Source: Thalia democratica (lineage: Eukaryota). Taken from it: DNA of 64,000 nucleotides. How positions within the stretch are numbered: position 1 is the first letter of the stretch; each line of letters begins with the position of its first letter. The notes beneath the pieces are model-generated. The model ran no database searches and had not been told where the DNA came from. It was given only the letters and a program-made list of their open reading frames with translations. Shown here one piece after another: positions 24,616 to 38,600 of the stretch. The stretch lies in NCBI GenBank assembly GCA_965202585.1, contig OZ241826.1:22072001-22136000 (forward strand). Direction: 5' to 3'. The translations under genes and the position numbers were made by a program.

Positions 24616-27600
24616 TTTTAATAATATAATTTTTCTATTTAATAACATATACTAACAATTTATATATAGTATACGCCTCGGAAATTATTTAAGAATATTA
24701 AGACAAAACTATAAAATTAGTTATCAATTAACTTTAAAGTCATACTTGAAAACATTTAAAAAGAAAAATGATATGGTGAAAATAATTTTACCCTACTTAA
24801 TCAACTAAATACCTTTCTTACCGAGTCAGTGAAGATATTTGAAATTTTATTTTCAAGCTAACTTCATTCAACAGTATTCTAGAATACTTATTTTTATTTT
24901 CTTTGGTTAAACAAAACCTTTCGTTAATTGTTGTGTTCCAAATAACAATAAAAACCTTCACAATGACTTTGTTTTATAAACGTTCTTATTATTTTATTTT
25001 ATTTTAAACTTTTGAACTATTTTATTTTAAGATCAATTGTTTACTTAGAAAACGTGTAATAAAATTAATTATAGAAACTAAATTAATGATGAAAAAAAAG
25101 CGTTTAATACCATTAAAAATCAAACAAAATTGTTATATTTTGATGAAATATAGATAAAAACATTAAATACTATCTTTATATTCCGAAATATAGCTTTACG
25201 GTTCAACGATTTCCTTAACTAAAATTGATAAAAAGTATAAAATTGAACTTAAATAATAGTTCTATTATTATACTACTAAAGAGCTTCTTCTTTTAAATTT
25301 ATCAGAAAGTATGACTATTATGACTTTCTAATTGTAGCTATTTAAAAAAAAACTTTTAATAAAATTAACTACTTATACTTAATTTGATTCTTTAATCCAT
25401 TGTAAAATGCACTTTTGTTATATTCTATAGTCTTAAAGTGACTTTATATTTTTCATTGAGATTAATAATAGTGTATGATTACTATTTTTTTAAATAGCTT
25501 TTACTTGTAGTAATCTTAATAATTTATTACAATTAAGCAGATAAATCGTTGTTCAAAGTTAGATAACATTAGTTTCGTTTTGTCTGAGAAGTTACTGACA
25601 ACAACTAATGATTAAAAACTCACTTTACATTGTACTATTTTTCATTTTAAAGCTAGTATGTAAATGTTGTTATAAAAATTGTTTATTTAAAGATATTATT
25701 TTTGTTTTGTTATTGTATAAATTAATTGTAGTATATTTGTTAGTGTTACTCGTTTTAACTGGTTTAAAATAATTTCCACTACATTTATTTACACTTTAGT
25801 AAAAAAAAGTCAAAAAGTTACAACATTTTTTTTATCAGATACTTTTATAAATTAATAAACATAACAACTAGTTCTTTTAATTAATTTACGTAATAATATA
25901 AAAAAGTGTAAATAAAACTTAAACATCTATGTTTTTAAAACAACAAAACAGTATTAACCGCAATCATCGTCATTAAAGTTTAATCATAACAGAAAGTAGG
26001 TGTGTTTTGTTTAGCTACAAAACGTTTATGACTTTAAAAAGCTGTTCATAAATAATGTTCAATTACCACAAAAACTTATGCATACAGCAATTTTGTTTTT
26101 TATCATCATTTGGCAAACTGCGGTATGCGGTCTGGAAGCAGAATTCTACTACCCGCAATATGCTATCTGCTAAAAACATATTTAAAATCGATAAATGAAT
26201 TATTTTAGTTGTTAAGTTTAAAACTAGGCACTTAATCTAACAATTTCAAGTTCTTTAACGAAGCTTGATTTACCAAATTTTTAGTTTAAATTAGTACTAT
26301 AACTACATTTATACAAATTAACTAGGGCCAACAAAAGAAGTTATTTCATACAGTGCAGCCAGCGATAAACCTTTTTAGAATTTTTTTTTAAATAACTGCG
26401 AAAAAGAAATTGTCATAAATTAAGCCTTTTACCAATGATAAAAAAAATAATAGTAAGTTTGTTTACCTAGCATTAACAGCATTTGTTTTCTTTATGACGT
26501 CACCTAATATAGAAGAAAACCATAAAGTTTATGAAAACTGAATCATGTTTGAACTTTTTTTTGTCAAGAATTAAAAAAAGGTAATTTTATAAAAATTACC
26601 TCTTTTGGTTTGCTTCGAATTCAAACATTTATTAACTTTTTTAACGCAACTATGAACTAGATTAGGAATCGGCAAACAGCGGCTGGCGAAAGAAAATTTA
26701 TGATACCTACACTTTATTTTCTGAGGTCTGAATTGAAAAGCAAAGAAATTATTAGGTATAGTTTACGGGAAAGTTTGGAACTTACACTAGATATTCTGGG
26801 TCTTCTATGAAAATAAAAGACCGAAACTACAACTGCAGCCTGCAAGTTTTTTTGATTTTGAAATTCTGCCCACGACAAACAAATGCTTACTAAACCCAGA
26901 ATTAGATGATTTTTATATATGTTTGATATACTAGTTGATTTCAATTTAAGCTTAAAGGGAAGATATTATACTTGTTTTGAAATATTCAAGTTAATGTTTG
27001 CAAATAGCAATGCAAAGTTATTTAACTAAATTGTATACAGTCAAGATTGTTTTCTTTATAAGAAAATAGAGACTTTTGCTGTATCCAAACAGCTAAAGTG
27101 TCGCTTTTAAACTGAATTCACTGTCTATCTATTGTATAGTATAAAAATTGAAGACTAATAATACTACTTGCATTTTGTTTATTCAAGGAAACAGTAAATA
27201 AAAATGTTTGGTAAACTCGTTTCAAATATTATCTAACTATGTTTAATCACAACAGTATTAAGATGTAAAAGAGCTTAAAGTCAGAATTAATTATAGCCTA
27301 ATTTGAGTAATTCATAGACAAATATAGCTGTTCTAACGATTGCTAAAAAATTGCTAAATGTCAGAAATTGAAAAATAATGTTCTTTAGTTGTCCTCACTA
27401 ATTAAACAATAAAATAACATATGTGTCATTCTAATACACAACTTTAACAAAAAAATCTATACACAATTTTTGCAAAAACGCGAATAGAAATAAATGTTTT
27501 AGTTTTAAAAACGGGTATAGGTATATAGTAATTTTAATTCCAACACAATTTCTGCGGTCTAACACAAAAGAACACATACTTATTTTTACTTATTTTGTGA

Positions 27601-27881
27601 TTTTTTTTATTGACCTCACGACTTTCCTTTTTAAAAAAAAATACTTTTTGTTAAGGTCTGAAATATAATTATCTGTTAAAAAAGCTAAAAAAAAATACAA
27701 ACCAACTTGTTAGTTACAACTGTGTAATAGTTTAATATTAGTTGCACTAATAACATATATATAAAAAAAAAGTTTTAGTTCATAAATCTCTCTAAATTAT
27801 AAATCACAAGTAATTTGTATTAAGTTTGGACTGGAATTTAAAAAACAAAATGAGTGTAGAATCAGTTATTTGATATTAGTT

Positions 27882-30667
27882 TCATTTCTTTGTTGTTTCC
27901 TTATTCTTCTTTGAACTTTTTAAGAACTGAAAAAATATTACAATTATTTTTGTTGCTAAAGGAAGCAAGTGTTTTAATTTTGCCACTTTTTTAATTTTTT
28001 ACAAACTTCCACAGAATGTTTTTATTTTACTTGCCATAAAAATTTTAAACAGTAGGTTTAATGTTAAAGTATTTTATGTTTCGGTATGGTAATACTAAGC
28101 AGTGTTTCTTACAACAATTTCAATATGAATATAAAGTATTTTTTATAAAAACTCTTTTTAAACAAAGATTAAAACTATAGCCTAAAAGATAAATAAAAAA
28201 TTTAAAAAATGGAATTTTATAAAAAAGTTTGCTCTAAAAGCTGATATTCAAATGGGACGTTAGTTTAACATAGTTTTATTTCATAATACTTTTATTTTTT
28301 TATTAAGTTTTAGATAAGGTTTAGAAAAATTACCTTTGGTACACGTATCTTAGACTTTTTTCTTTTCTCTTTACTTTCTTTTTTATTTTTATTTATTTCT
28401 TTTTCTTGAGACTTGTCTTCTTTACTGGTTTCATCAGTTAAAGTCCACAGTTCATCTTTCAGCTGGTCCGATTTATCTTCTAGTGTTTTTTCTTTAAAAC
28501 GTTCCTGAAAATCCCTATATGTTTCTTCTAATTCTCCGAAGGGATTTTTCTTGCTCGAGTCGTCCTCATCATTTTTAGATGAACTTTTACTTTTTGAATA
28601 GTTATCGTTGGTTTCTTCTATATCTCCAAAAGGGTTACTTGAATTTTTTTCAGTTTCGTCAATATCATCAATTTTTTTATTAACAGCTGTACTTCGTTCG
28701 TCAACTATCTCCGCGTCGCAATCTTTCTCAAACGGATTGTCTGACGGTAATACTTCAAAACTTCTACTTGTTACAGGTTCATCATTATCATTTTTAGACG
28801 AAGTTTCCCTTATTAAACTATCTTCATCTGTTTCCTCTAATTTACCGAAGGGGTTTTTACTTTCCGCAGATTCACTTACCTTATCATTATCACCTAAGTC
28901 GGATACCGATTTATTTTCATTTAAAGAAATCGAATCTTCCTCGACATTTCCAAACGGATTTTTACAATCATTAGTTTCACTTACAATTTCACTCTTGGTT
29001 GAATCAGGCTGTTTAGTTCTAAGGGAAATCATTTTATTTAAACTTTCATTTGACGCAAACTTATCATCACTTTTTCTACTAGTTGAAATGTCTTCAGTCG
29101 TTTCCTCAACATCTCCAAAAGGATTTCTGTTTCCATGTTCGACAACTATACTTTTTGTTGAATCCGTTTCTTCTACAACGTTTGCTTTTGATCCGGACTC
29201 TTTGACGTTTTCCTTAAACCTTTCAAAGTCTTCCTCAGAGCTACCAAAAGGATTACTCGCAAGAGTTTTGTTTTTTGAGCTCTTCGGGGGCAGGGGCGCT
29301 CTCCTTTTAAGAGGACCTCCGTGGGATTTAGTTTTACGGATCTTCTTTTTATCCGTCTCGTTAATGACGTCATTACTATTTTTACTTTCGGTCACACTGG
29401 GTGCCCTAGGAGCCTTTCTCATCATAATGGGATTTTTTTTAGTCCCAGTAGATTTCCCGCTAAGACCCGGTGAGTTTCGTAGCAAGTTTTTGACAAAGTA
29501 GTAAGTGTGCGCGAGCAGTGGTTGTTCCGAAGAAAGTTTCCTGACTGTCTTGGAGACGATTATTTCCGAGTTGTTGTCGAAGTTGTAGTCGCTCGGCATG
29601 AAATTGTAGCAAACAACCAGAAAGTCTGTCAGCTTCCTAAACTCGTTTCTGTCGTTCGGGTTTGTGCAATGCAAGCAATCTTTTATTTTGCTTTTGCAAA
29701 TATCCGCGACCTGTGATTAGATCATAAAAAATATTCTTAATAAAGTATTAAAAACTATCATCAAATTAAGACTAATTTAATATTTACTTTTCACGTTTTT
29801 CACTGTTTAAATTTACTTTAATTAGTATGCTTTTATTTTTGTTTTGTGTTCACAAATTATGTTTTAAGAATTATAGTAAAATGAAACAGTTTGGATATTT
29901 CAATAGTATCACCTATAAACAACGAATACTTTCATCTTGTTTATGAACTTGAATTTTTCGACTACATAGCAGTTAATAGATAAAAGCAGAGTATCAATTT
30001 ATAAACAGTATATATTACTAAACGGATATTATTTAACAAAAATATAGTTTGCTTACATAACTGAACCCAAGCTCGTTTGCAGCCTGCAAACACGGCAAAT
30101 AGTCTCTGCAACTGATTTCTAAATTCCCAGTGTAGATAATCTTAAGTATTAACTCCACACTTTTTTGACCGCTAGATAGCGTGATGCCCCGTACTTTTTC
30201 TATGTTGTCAAATGCACTAACTCTGTTGAGTAAATTGCATAAAAAAATTTTTTTAATATTAACATGATAAAATAAATTAACATTTTTTAATGATATTCAA
30301 AATAATCTGTAAATTGGAATTTTGCTACATTGTCAAATGCAGGAACTATGTTTTAATATTAGTACTTAATATTAATTAAACGAAGAAAAAAATTAGAGCT
30401 CAAAAAAATTGTTAAAATGGCCTGATTTTATCACTATTACTATTACTTTTGTTGACATAATAAAATAGAAGTTTTATTTTAGTACATTTAAAATCACTTG
30501 TACAGTTGACTGCAAGTTTTCAGGACTATTTTATGGCACGGAAAACTTTTGTTGCCAGCCATAATATAGAAATCGCACATGAATCCTTTTTTGCGGTAAT
30601 CATTCAACTGACTTGCAAACTTGCACAAATAATCACTTTTTTCAGGATTGTTTTTGTTTTTACTCAT
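27882..30667 (-). CDS. BTB-domain protein with seven NPF-acidic motifs (~585 aa); exons 30667-30498, 30222-30057, 29710-28334, 27926-27882
   Basis: Classic BTB (LNDYRKKGFMCDFYIMAGNKSFPCHKIVLKTCS...ILKIIYTGNLEI...CLQAANELGF) over exons 1-2; phases 2,0,0 consistent; the large exon has 7 NPF motifs, PxxP motifs and a Lys-rich tail. Confidence 0.88.
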
Positions 30668-33600
30668 AATTTGTTTACTCCCTATTTTACTACCTTTAAA
30701 ACTACGTTGTAAGTTTTTAAAACTCCTTTATATAGTTTTCGAAGATCATTGGATTATTCAACTTAATCACCAGTATTTAATTGGCTTTAAATTTTACCAT
30801 GGTAATACCTTTATTGAATATTGTTATTTTATTTATAAATAGTTTATTGGTTTAGTAAAGCCTTAATTTATAAAACAGTAGCAGTTTTGAGATTTTACTA
30901 TTAATGTTTACTTTAAGGCTGAAACTAAATCTAGTTCAATAACTTAGTTCAACTAGACATATTTTAGTTAGTTTATTAAGCTTACAAATACTACTTTAAA
31001 TACTTTAACGCTATTTGAGTAGTTATTATTAAAACTAGACCTATTACTTAATTAATTCAAGTTAATATATTAAAGTTATTTAAAAACTTAATCACTCTAT
31101 ACTACGCTTTTAACAAATAATAATAACTACCTGTTGGTACTATAAAATCTTATAGGATTTAACTATTTACAAGAACAAAACACATTTCATTTATCGATAA
31201 GAAATTTAAAATTTAGTTACTTGAACTCTAAAAATTTCTAAGAATATATATTTTACATATGTATGAAGTATTTCTTAAAACAAACTGAAGAAATATAATA
31301 CTAACTTTAATTAGTAAATAAATTGAATTTGTTTTTAGTTTTTTAAACAGGTCAATCATATTTACATGTTTAAAAGTATACTTTAAAACGTTTATTGACT
31401 TTAAAAGATTACCAAATCAAATTATTGTATAATTTTTAAATATATTCTTCTATTTAAGAATTAAAAAATGTTTAGTTTGTCAAGCAAATTAGTATATAAG
31501 TATAGTTTAAGTTTACTCAAATCTTATAAAACATAATGTAGAACTTAGTAGTAAAGAAGTTGATAAAATTTCAATGTACTATTAAGTTAATTTATTATAT
31601 ATGAGTAAATCGGAAGTCATATTGTACTAATAAAGTTAGTTCTTACAAAAAAAGCGATTAATCGAACCTAAAAGCATACCAACATTTTTTTCTTTAAATA
31701 GTAAAAAGAGTTTAATTACTATCTAGCAACAACCGTTTTTTTAGTTAGAACGATTAAAAACATTTTTTCAATCAAAATAGTTTTTAAACTTTAGTTGTAT
31801 AGTAGTGGATGGAACAACATCAATTTTTTATATCTTTGTAAATTTTAGCTGTCTCGATTACTTATAACTTTTTTTTAATACTGAGCTAGTTCTAACTTTG
31901 AAATATGTCTAAGTTAACATATTAAAGCTTATATATTTATTAACTTTGATAAGTTGTTTCTATTTTAAGAAAACAAAAATAAGATGTTACCAAGCAAAAG
32001 ACGTTAACTCTAGCAAAACTAGTTAATATTACCATGTTCAAAAACTGACAAATTTTAAAAGTTTGCAATGTTTCAAATCGTATTGATTTTTTTCCTAATC
32101 AAAGGAGTAACTTAGAAAACAAGAATTTAGAAGGTGTTTAAGGGGTCTAAAAGAAACTATACAAAGCTTTATAAGGTTATAAGATTTTTTTTTAAATGAA
32201 AGTTTACTAAAATTAAGATTCAGACAAAAACTGCGTAGTATTTTAGTTGTAGACTATTTGTGATTAAATATCTTATTATTATTATACTTGGCTTTCTTTT
32301 ATAAAAAATTCAAACTTTAATATTTTTTGTACAGAAATCATTATAATTTAAGTTTTAGTACTTCGTAAAATCTCTTTAATATCATTCAATTGGAAATTAA
32401 GTTATTTTCTGTCTTTTTTTAAACATTTAATTTGGTTTTGACACGCTTGAATGAATCAAAGGTTTACCGAAATTAATGTTAGTTGTTTTTAGTTTTAGTA
32501 ATGTATTTATTCTTAAGTCTTTCCTAAACCAAGGAAAAGAAATCGTGGAAGCTCATAATGATACTTCTGTTTGAATGATCCTTTCAGTAAAAACTTTTTC
32601 TCAAAGTTTTTAATATAATTACGCTTTGAAGGTATTTATTTAATAGGTTAGGATCACAAAACAATTTTGAATTGTTATATTTGGCCAAGCGACCATCCTA
32701 TATTTAGAATTTTAATCAAACAATCGTTAACTTACTCAATGGTGTGAAACTGCAGGTGCCTAAAGAAAATCAGCTTTCAGACATTCCTAATCTAACTGTT
32801 AAAAAAAGCAGATACTTTTCCATTAGTTTTAATAGTAATCGATATTTTCTATTTTGCAGCATTTTTTGTACAAGAGGTAATAACGATCTATATATAAAAT
32901 TTTCAAATACTTAAAACATTTTACTTTTATTAATACATTTTATGTGTATTTTCTTGAGGCCTGTCATATAATTAAACTTTTAAACATTTTAGTTCTGCAC
33001 ATTTTTTTTTACTTAAAAAAGTATTTTTCATTAAACTTCTAATCTAATTCGGTAAGTTAAGATAAATATTAGAAAATAAAATCTCAAAATTCAAAGTTTT
33101 ACTTTACCCAATTTTTTTCTATATTTATAACCCAAGTCTGTTATCTGAACACTTATAGAACATTTCAAAATACAAACAGAAGATTTGTAACTTTGAAAGT
33201 TTTCAAAATAGTTGTTGAAATAAAATATAAATTAAACTTCCTTTTTCGTGTTCAGTAAAGTGCTTGAACGATTTGAAGACTTCATCGTGCACATTTAGTT
33301 TTTTAAGAATGCGCTTTTATTCCTATTTTATTATTTTATAGTTTATTCTTTTTACATTACCTAACTTTAAAATCTTGCCAAATTACGTACTATGATACTA
33401 ACTTAAAGTTTCACCAACAAGTAACTCAAATGAATCAGTTATACGAAGCAGTTTGTAGTTTTGCCAGTAGTAGTACAAATATTTGCTAAACACTTGAATA
33501 TTCCTTAATTATTTTAGTTCAAACTTATAATTGCGTGTTCAAAACTATACTTGACTTATAAAACTTAAAGCTAGTAGCCGAGTAATTATTCCTCGGTAGG

Positions 33601-35611
33601 AAGCTTTTAAAAACAGGTATATTATGAGAAGAGACAGTTTATTAATATGCTCAATCTTAACTAAGTATAGATGAAATAAGTTTAGATTTTTGAAATGACA
33701 TTGGAAATGTTCATTGGTATTCACATTTACCTTTAAAGTTTATTGCTCAAAATTAGTACTTTTTGTCAGAATTGTAATAAAAAAAGCCTAAGCGTGTCAT
33801 TGTTTTAAGAGTAATTTTTCTGAACTTTTAATTTACAGACAATCTTTCATGGTACTATTTACTGCTAGATTACCTTGGATGACCAAAAATAAATAACAGT
33901 TAAAAATAGATCATCTAAGTCCTTATATGTTTTAATTATTATAACAATAACAGTTTTTAATTTAGATAAATTAAAAAAAAATAAGTTTATTTAGCTCGTA
34001 AGAAATTGTAAATGCAAGTGGTATACAGAATAACTGAAAAGTTTTTCGCACACCAGCTCCTTAAATAGTTTAATAAATTATATACTGTACAATAAAGTGT
34101 CTTTCAAAGTTTTAAGATTTTCTGGTCATCCAAAAAAAAAATCCACAGTTTAAACTTTATTTTACCAACTTTTCTTTTCTAATTAAGTTAAGAATGTGCT
34201 AAATTACAAACTCAAAATTTTTCAAATGATAACCACTAAATTTTAGATGTAAAAGATAGACTTATAGAAAATGAAGCTATGTTTAGTTTTGCTAACTTAA
34301 TTAACTAAATTAATTAACGCCAATGTACCATTGTTAGTATATTGAATTTGTATATTTGACGATAGACTGTTTATAAAAACAAGTAAGTTTCTTATTCTTA
34401 TTTAAAAGGTTTACTACTTAGACTCAATAATAGATAACTTAGATACTTTAACTTTCTGCTTGAATTTTTAATGAGCTTTACAAATTAAAAACATAACAGG
34501 TTTTACGAAAACTATAAAGTATTAAAAAAAACTTAGTTTTTAATATATAATTTTATTTATGCAGATACTTAAAATAAAATAAAAAATTAAAATATAATAA
34601 TTTATCACATAAAAAAAGTAGTTAGTTGAAGTTCGAAACTGATACAAAACAAAACTATTCTTAATCAATTGTATGACAACTTATACTATCATATAATAAC
34701 TTAATTTATCAGTTTAAGATTTAAATAAAGTATCACCAAAAAGTTTTTCACTTTTATTGAGCTCTGTTATTTTTTCAAATTGACTAGCAGGACAGCACAG
34801 TTGTCAGAATTCCTGAAATGAAAAGTTATGATTGTTTTAACTCATAATATCATGCTTGAGTAACTTTGTGGCGACTTGATGAAAAAATTTTGAATTCATG
34901 TATTTCATATTAGTAGGCAGGTTACTGTCAAAGCATATAACAAATAAATTGTGTTTACATAAATTTTTACATTAATTAACACACTATTATATTCCAAATG
35001 ATAACGTGACTTTCTGAGTATTATCACTCACTGTAACTTGAATTTTATCTACATTAAGTTAGAATAGATCATCGTTGCTAGAATTTTACAAAAAAAACGT
35101 TCTAGATTTTAATAAACTTTTGTTAACTTTTGTTTAAAATTCCATGCTCAACTAAATATGTGGTTGTTATTTAAAACAAATCTTGCAACTATGAGCTAGC
35201 TTTTTTAGTTTAAATCTCTAAGTTTAAATATTATTCTTTCCTATTAATTTTATAACAACAAACTGGCTTTTGCCACTTTGGCATGAGTGGTCAACTAAGT
35301 CTATTGATACCAAACTAGTTCTAGACTTGAAAAAATTTTAAGGTAAATTGTTTTTATGTAGCTTAAATGTACACTTAGTTTCTTTATTAACTTTGTTTTT
35401 AAATGTTTGATTATGTTTTTCTTTTTTTTTAAATTTTTAATATGATTTAAAGAAAAAGATTATTTCTTTTAGAGCCTAAACCTTACTTTTGTACCAAATA
35501 TTTTTTTATAAAAAATTAAATCAAAACTTGGTTAAGCTAGTAGGAACCCACTTTGTTGCAAAGATTCTTTCTTAATATTTTTTAAACTACTTCAAGGATC
35601 TGTGTTATAAA

Positions 35612-38600
35612 ATGTCTGACCCACAAGGAGAAGTAGCTGCCCCACAACAAGTGGCTGAGGCCCCACAGCAAATGGACCTTATGACCGCCATCCACGAAGT
35701 AATTAAACATTTATCTGTTATCTATCTACAAAGCTAATTAAATTATCACCTCTTATGATATTTATTTTTTCATCAGTGAAAAACCATAAGCAGAAAACTG
35801 TCACAGACACAACTTTATTGTTTGTTACTTAAATTAAAACAATTAGTTGAACTATCATAATGAAATACTAGATTATTTAATTTGACTTAAGTTAAGGGCT
35901 GCTGTGGTCATTAAAATATCTTGATATCTTAATATTTTATAGTATTATATAATTGAATAAGATTAAATTTTTTACTTTGTTTAGACTTGTTTCTTCAACA
36001 TCTTTAACTACTCAAACCAGATGTCAAAAGTTGACATTATTTTCAATTAAAATTTAAGAAGATATTTTTAAATTAACAAATATTTAATATTTTCAAGTTA
36101 GTATTATGTTTTTCTATTTGAGGCAAGTGTAAATTTTGTTCCTATTAAAATTATGGTACATAAGCCAAACACAGGGTTGCCACTTTACTTGAAAATCATG
36201 AATTTGACAATTTAGGCTAAAATAACCTGGAATTTGTGAAACTAAAATAAAAACCTGGAATTTTAAATAATTTTTACATGTCAAGTAGAAAAATTTTGAT
36301 ATGACACAAAAAATCTACCTTATTGATAATTTTTTTTGTCATCATCAAAAATATTTTTGTTAAAAAACACATTTGAAGTATCTTAACAGTAGCTTTTCAA
36401 TGCTTAAATACTATTTAACACATGTTTTTACCTTGAACTTAAGTTTTTAACTTAAAGTAGGCCCAAAAACAAGTACTTTTGAAAACCTGGATAAAATTTG
36501 ACAAAAGACAGTGGCAACCCTGTAAACACTCTTGAGCCATCAAAATAAACCATTTAAATTTCCTAACCCCAAGTACTTGTTAACAACTCCAAATACGTGT
36601 TCATATAACAAAAAAAAATTATATATATTTCCAGGTGCTCAAGACCGCCGTGGTGTACGATGGCGTGTGCAGGGGCCTGAACCAGGCGGCGAAGGCGCTG
36701 GACAGCAAGAAGGCGCACGTGTGCTTTCTCGCCACCAACTGCGACCACAAGGAGTACGTGAAGCTGATCGAGGCGCTGTGCAACGAGCACAACATCCCGC
36801 TGATCAAGGAGGTCGAGAACAAGAAGTTGGGTGAGTGTTTGTTTATAAGTTGTTTAAATGTAGATGTGTTTATGATTATTGTGATGAACCATTTCATTTG
36901 TCTTCAATAGAGTAGACACAAGAAGTTGGGTGAGTATTTTTAATTTAAGTGTTGTTTAAATGTGGATGTGTTTTTGATTTTTGTGGTGACCATTTCATTT
37001 GTCTTCAATAGAGTAGACACAAGAAATTGGGTGAGTGTTTTTGATTGAAATGTTGTTTAAATGTAAATGGATTTCTAATTGTTATGATGGACCATTTCAT
37101 TCCTTTTCAAGGAAGTTGACAACAAAAAGTTGAGTGAGTATTTGTTTAATAAAAATTTTGAATACAATTCAAGTTCATATATGTAGTTATATATACACTT
37201 TTCCTCACTGTTTATTATTAATTAAAGTATTTCACTTATAATTAAAGTTGATAAGAAGAAATTAGATGAGTGTTTAATTATTAAAAAAAAGAGTGCATTT
37301 TTTTCACTTCTACATTGTTTTTTGCAACTAGTTGGCATCACTAAGTAAATTACTACTTATGAATGGTTGAGAAAGTTACTAATGATAACATTGAAATTGA
37401 AATATGGTTGTTATTTTGAAGTTGAAATTATTATTATTTGGTCCTCCTCAATAGTACCTTTTTTAATTTCATTAAGCAATAATCCCAATAATATAAGAAG
37501 TTGACAACAAGAAAATGGGTATATAAAAATTATTTCAATATTGCAAGGTTTTATTTGTATTAAAAAACTTCCATTATTTTCTTTTGTTTTATGCCAAAGT
37601 ATGATTTCATTAAGTAAAGTCCCAATTTAACATTGAAGTATAAAAAAAACATGTTATAAATTTATTCAATTATTCTGTTGGTAAAGCAAGTTGACAGCAA
37701 TAAATTGGATTGGTGTTTGTAAATTTAAATCCTCCATCTAATCTATTATTTTTTGACACTAATTGGTTTCATTAGGTAAAAGCCAACTTATCATTGAAGT
37801 TGTCAACAGAAGTAAAATATTTTTATTTCAATCAAATTCTAACAAATTCAATGAAGAATTCTTTATTATCTCATCCATTATTAAATTAATATTTATAGTC
37901 TAGTTTACATAATCATATCAATAGTCATGGTAGTAAAATTTTTAAAATCAATGTGAATTGTTTAATTTGTTCTTTCTTGATATCACTTATTTCATTTAAA
38001 TTATACTAACTTTGTCAAAGTTTTCACTTTGAAAAATGTTTACACTAAGTCCTATAAAACTGTAGTTTATCAGAACTAAAGTTTTCCAGCTACTTAAAAA
38101 ACCAAAATTTTCATAGTGCAAAATTGATAATGTTTGCATCAATTTATGCAAAGTATATAGAATACAGATACTATTGAGATATAATTACAAGAATTTTACT
38201 TTATAGATAGACAATATGGAAATAGTTTTCAATAGTTTTTTTTAATATGTTTATGATAAATCCAGGTTTGGTACTTTTTAAAAAATCTGGCTAGTTTAAA
38301 AAAATTTCTAACATTACGAGCTATTTATTATCCCAAATTTTTCAACTTCTTTTTGTAAATATACTAATTTCTAAAAATTAGCCTTAATTGTAATTATAGT
38401 TATTACTTTATTAAATATATTTTATAATATGACATCTTTTCACTCTTTTAATTTTTTCTAAATATTTAGCTTCTAAAATCAGAAAGAATTGACTAGTTTC
38501 TTTTATATCAAATTAATTTGTTGCTTGAAAGGGTGGCCACTTTATCATGGTAATTTTTTTTTTCATAAATGTGCAGTGCATACTTGCCACAAACCCAAGA

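Noticed and set aside
26100-26950. ggcaaac(t/a)gcgg motifs and a broken open frame suggesting a hAT transposase remnant
   Set aside because: No paired TIRs or catalytic motifs could be established.
28608-29716. 297-aa plus-strand ORF and small ORFs at 29173 and 29507
   Set aside because: Antisense or alternate-frame shadows of the BTB-NPF exon; Ser/Leu/Phe-rich composition mirrors the real Glu/Lys/Asn-rich frame.
32520-32920. GC-richer patches with short open frames on both strands
   Set aside because: No consistent spliced frame or recognisable domain; possibly UTR or decayed element.
36635-36830. Horizontal transfer or contamination as the origin of the GC-rich exon
   Set aside because: It has proper splice sites in phase with exons 1 and 3, and its 3' end is echoed in the AT-rich intron.
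36532-36897. Overlapping ORFs at 36532, 36563 and 36619
   Set aside because: By-products of the stop-poor GC-rich RPS12 exon 2; only the 36635 frame matches eS12.
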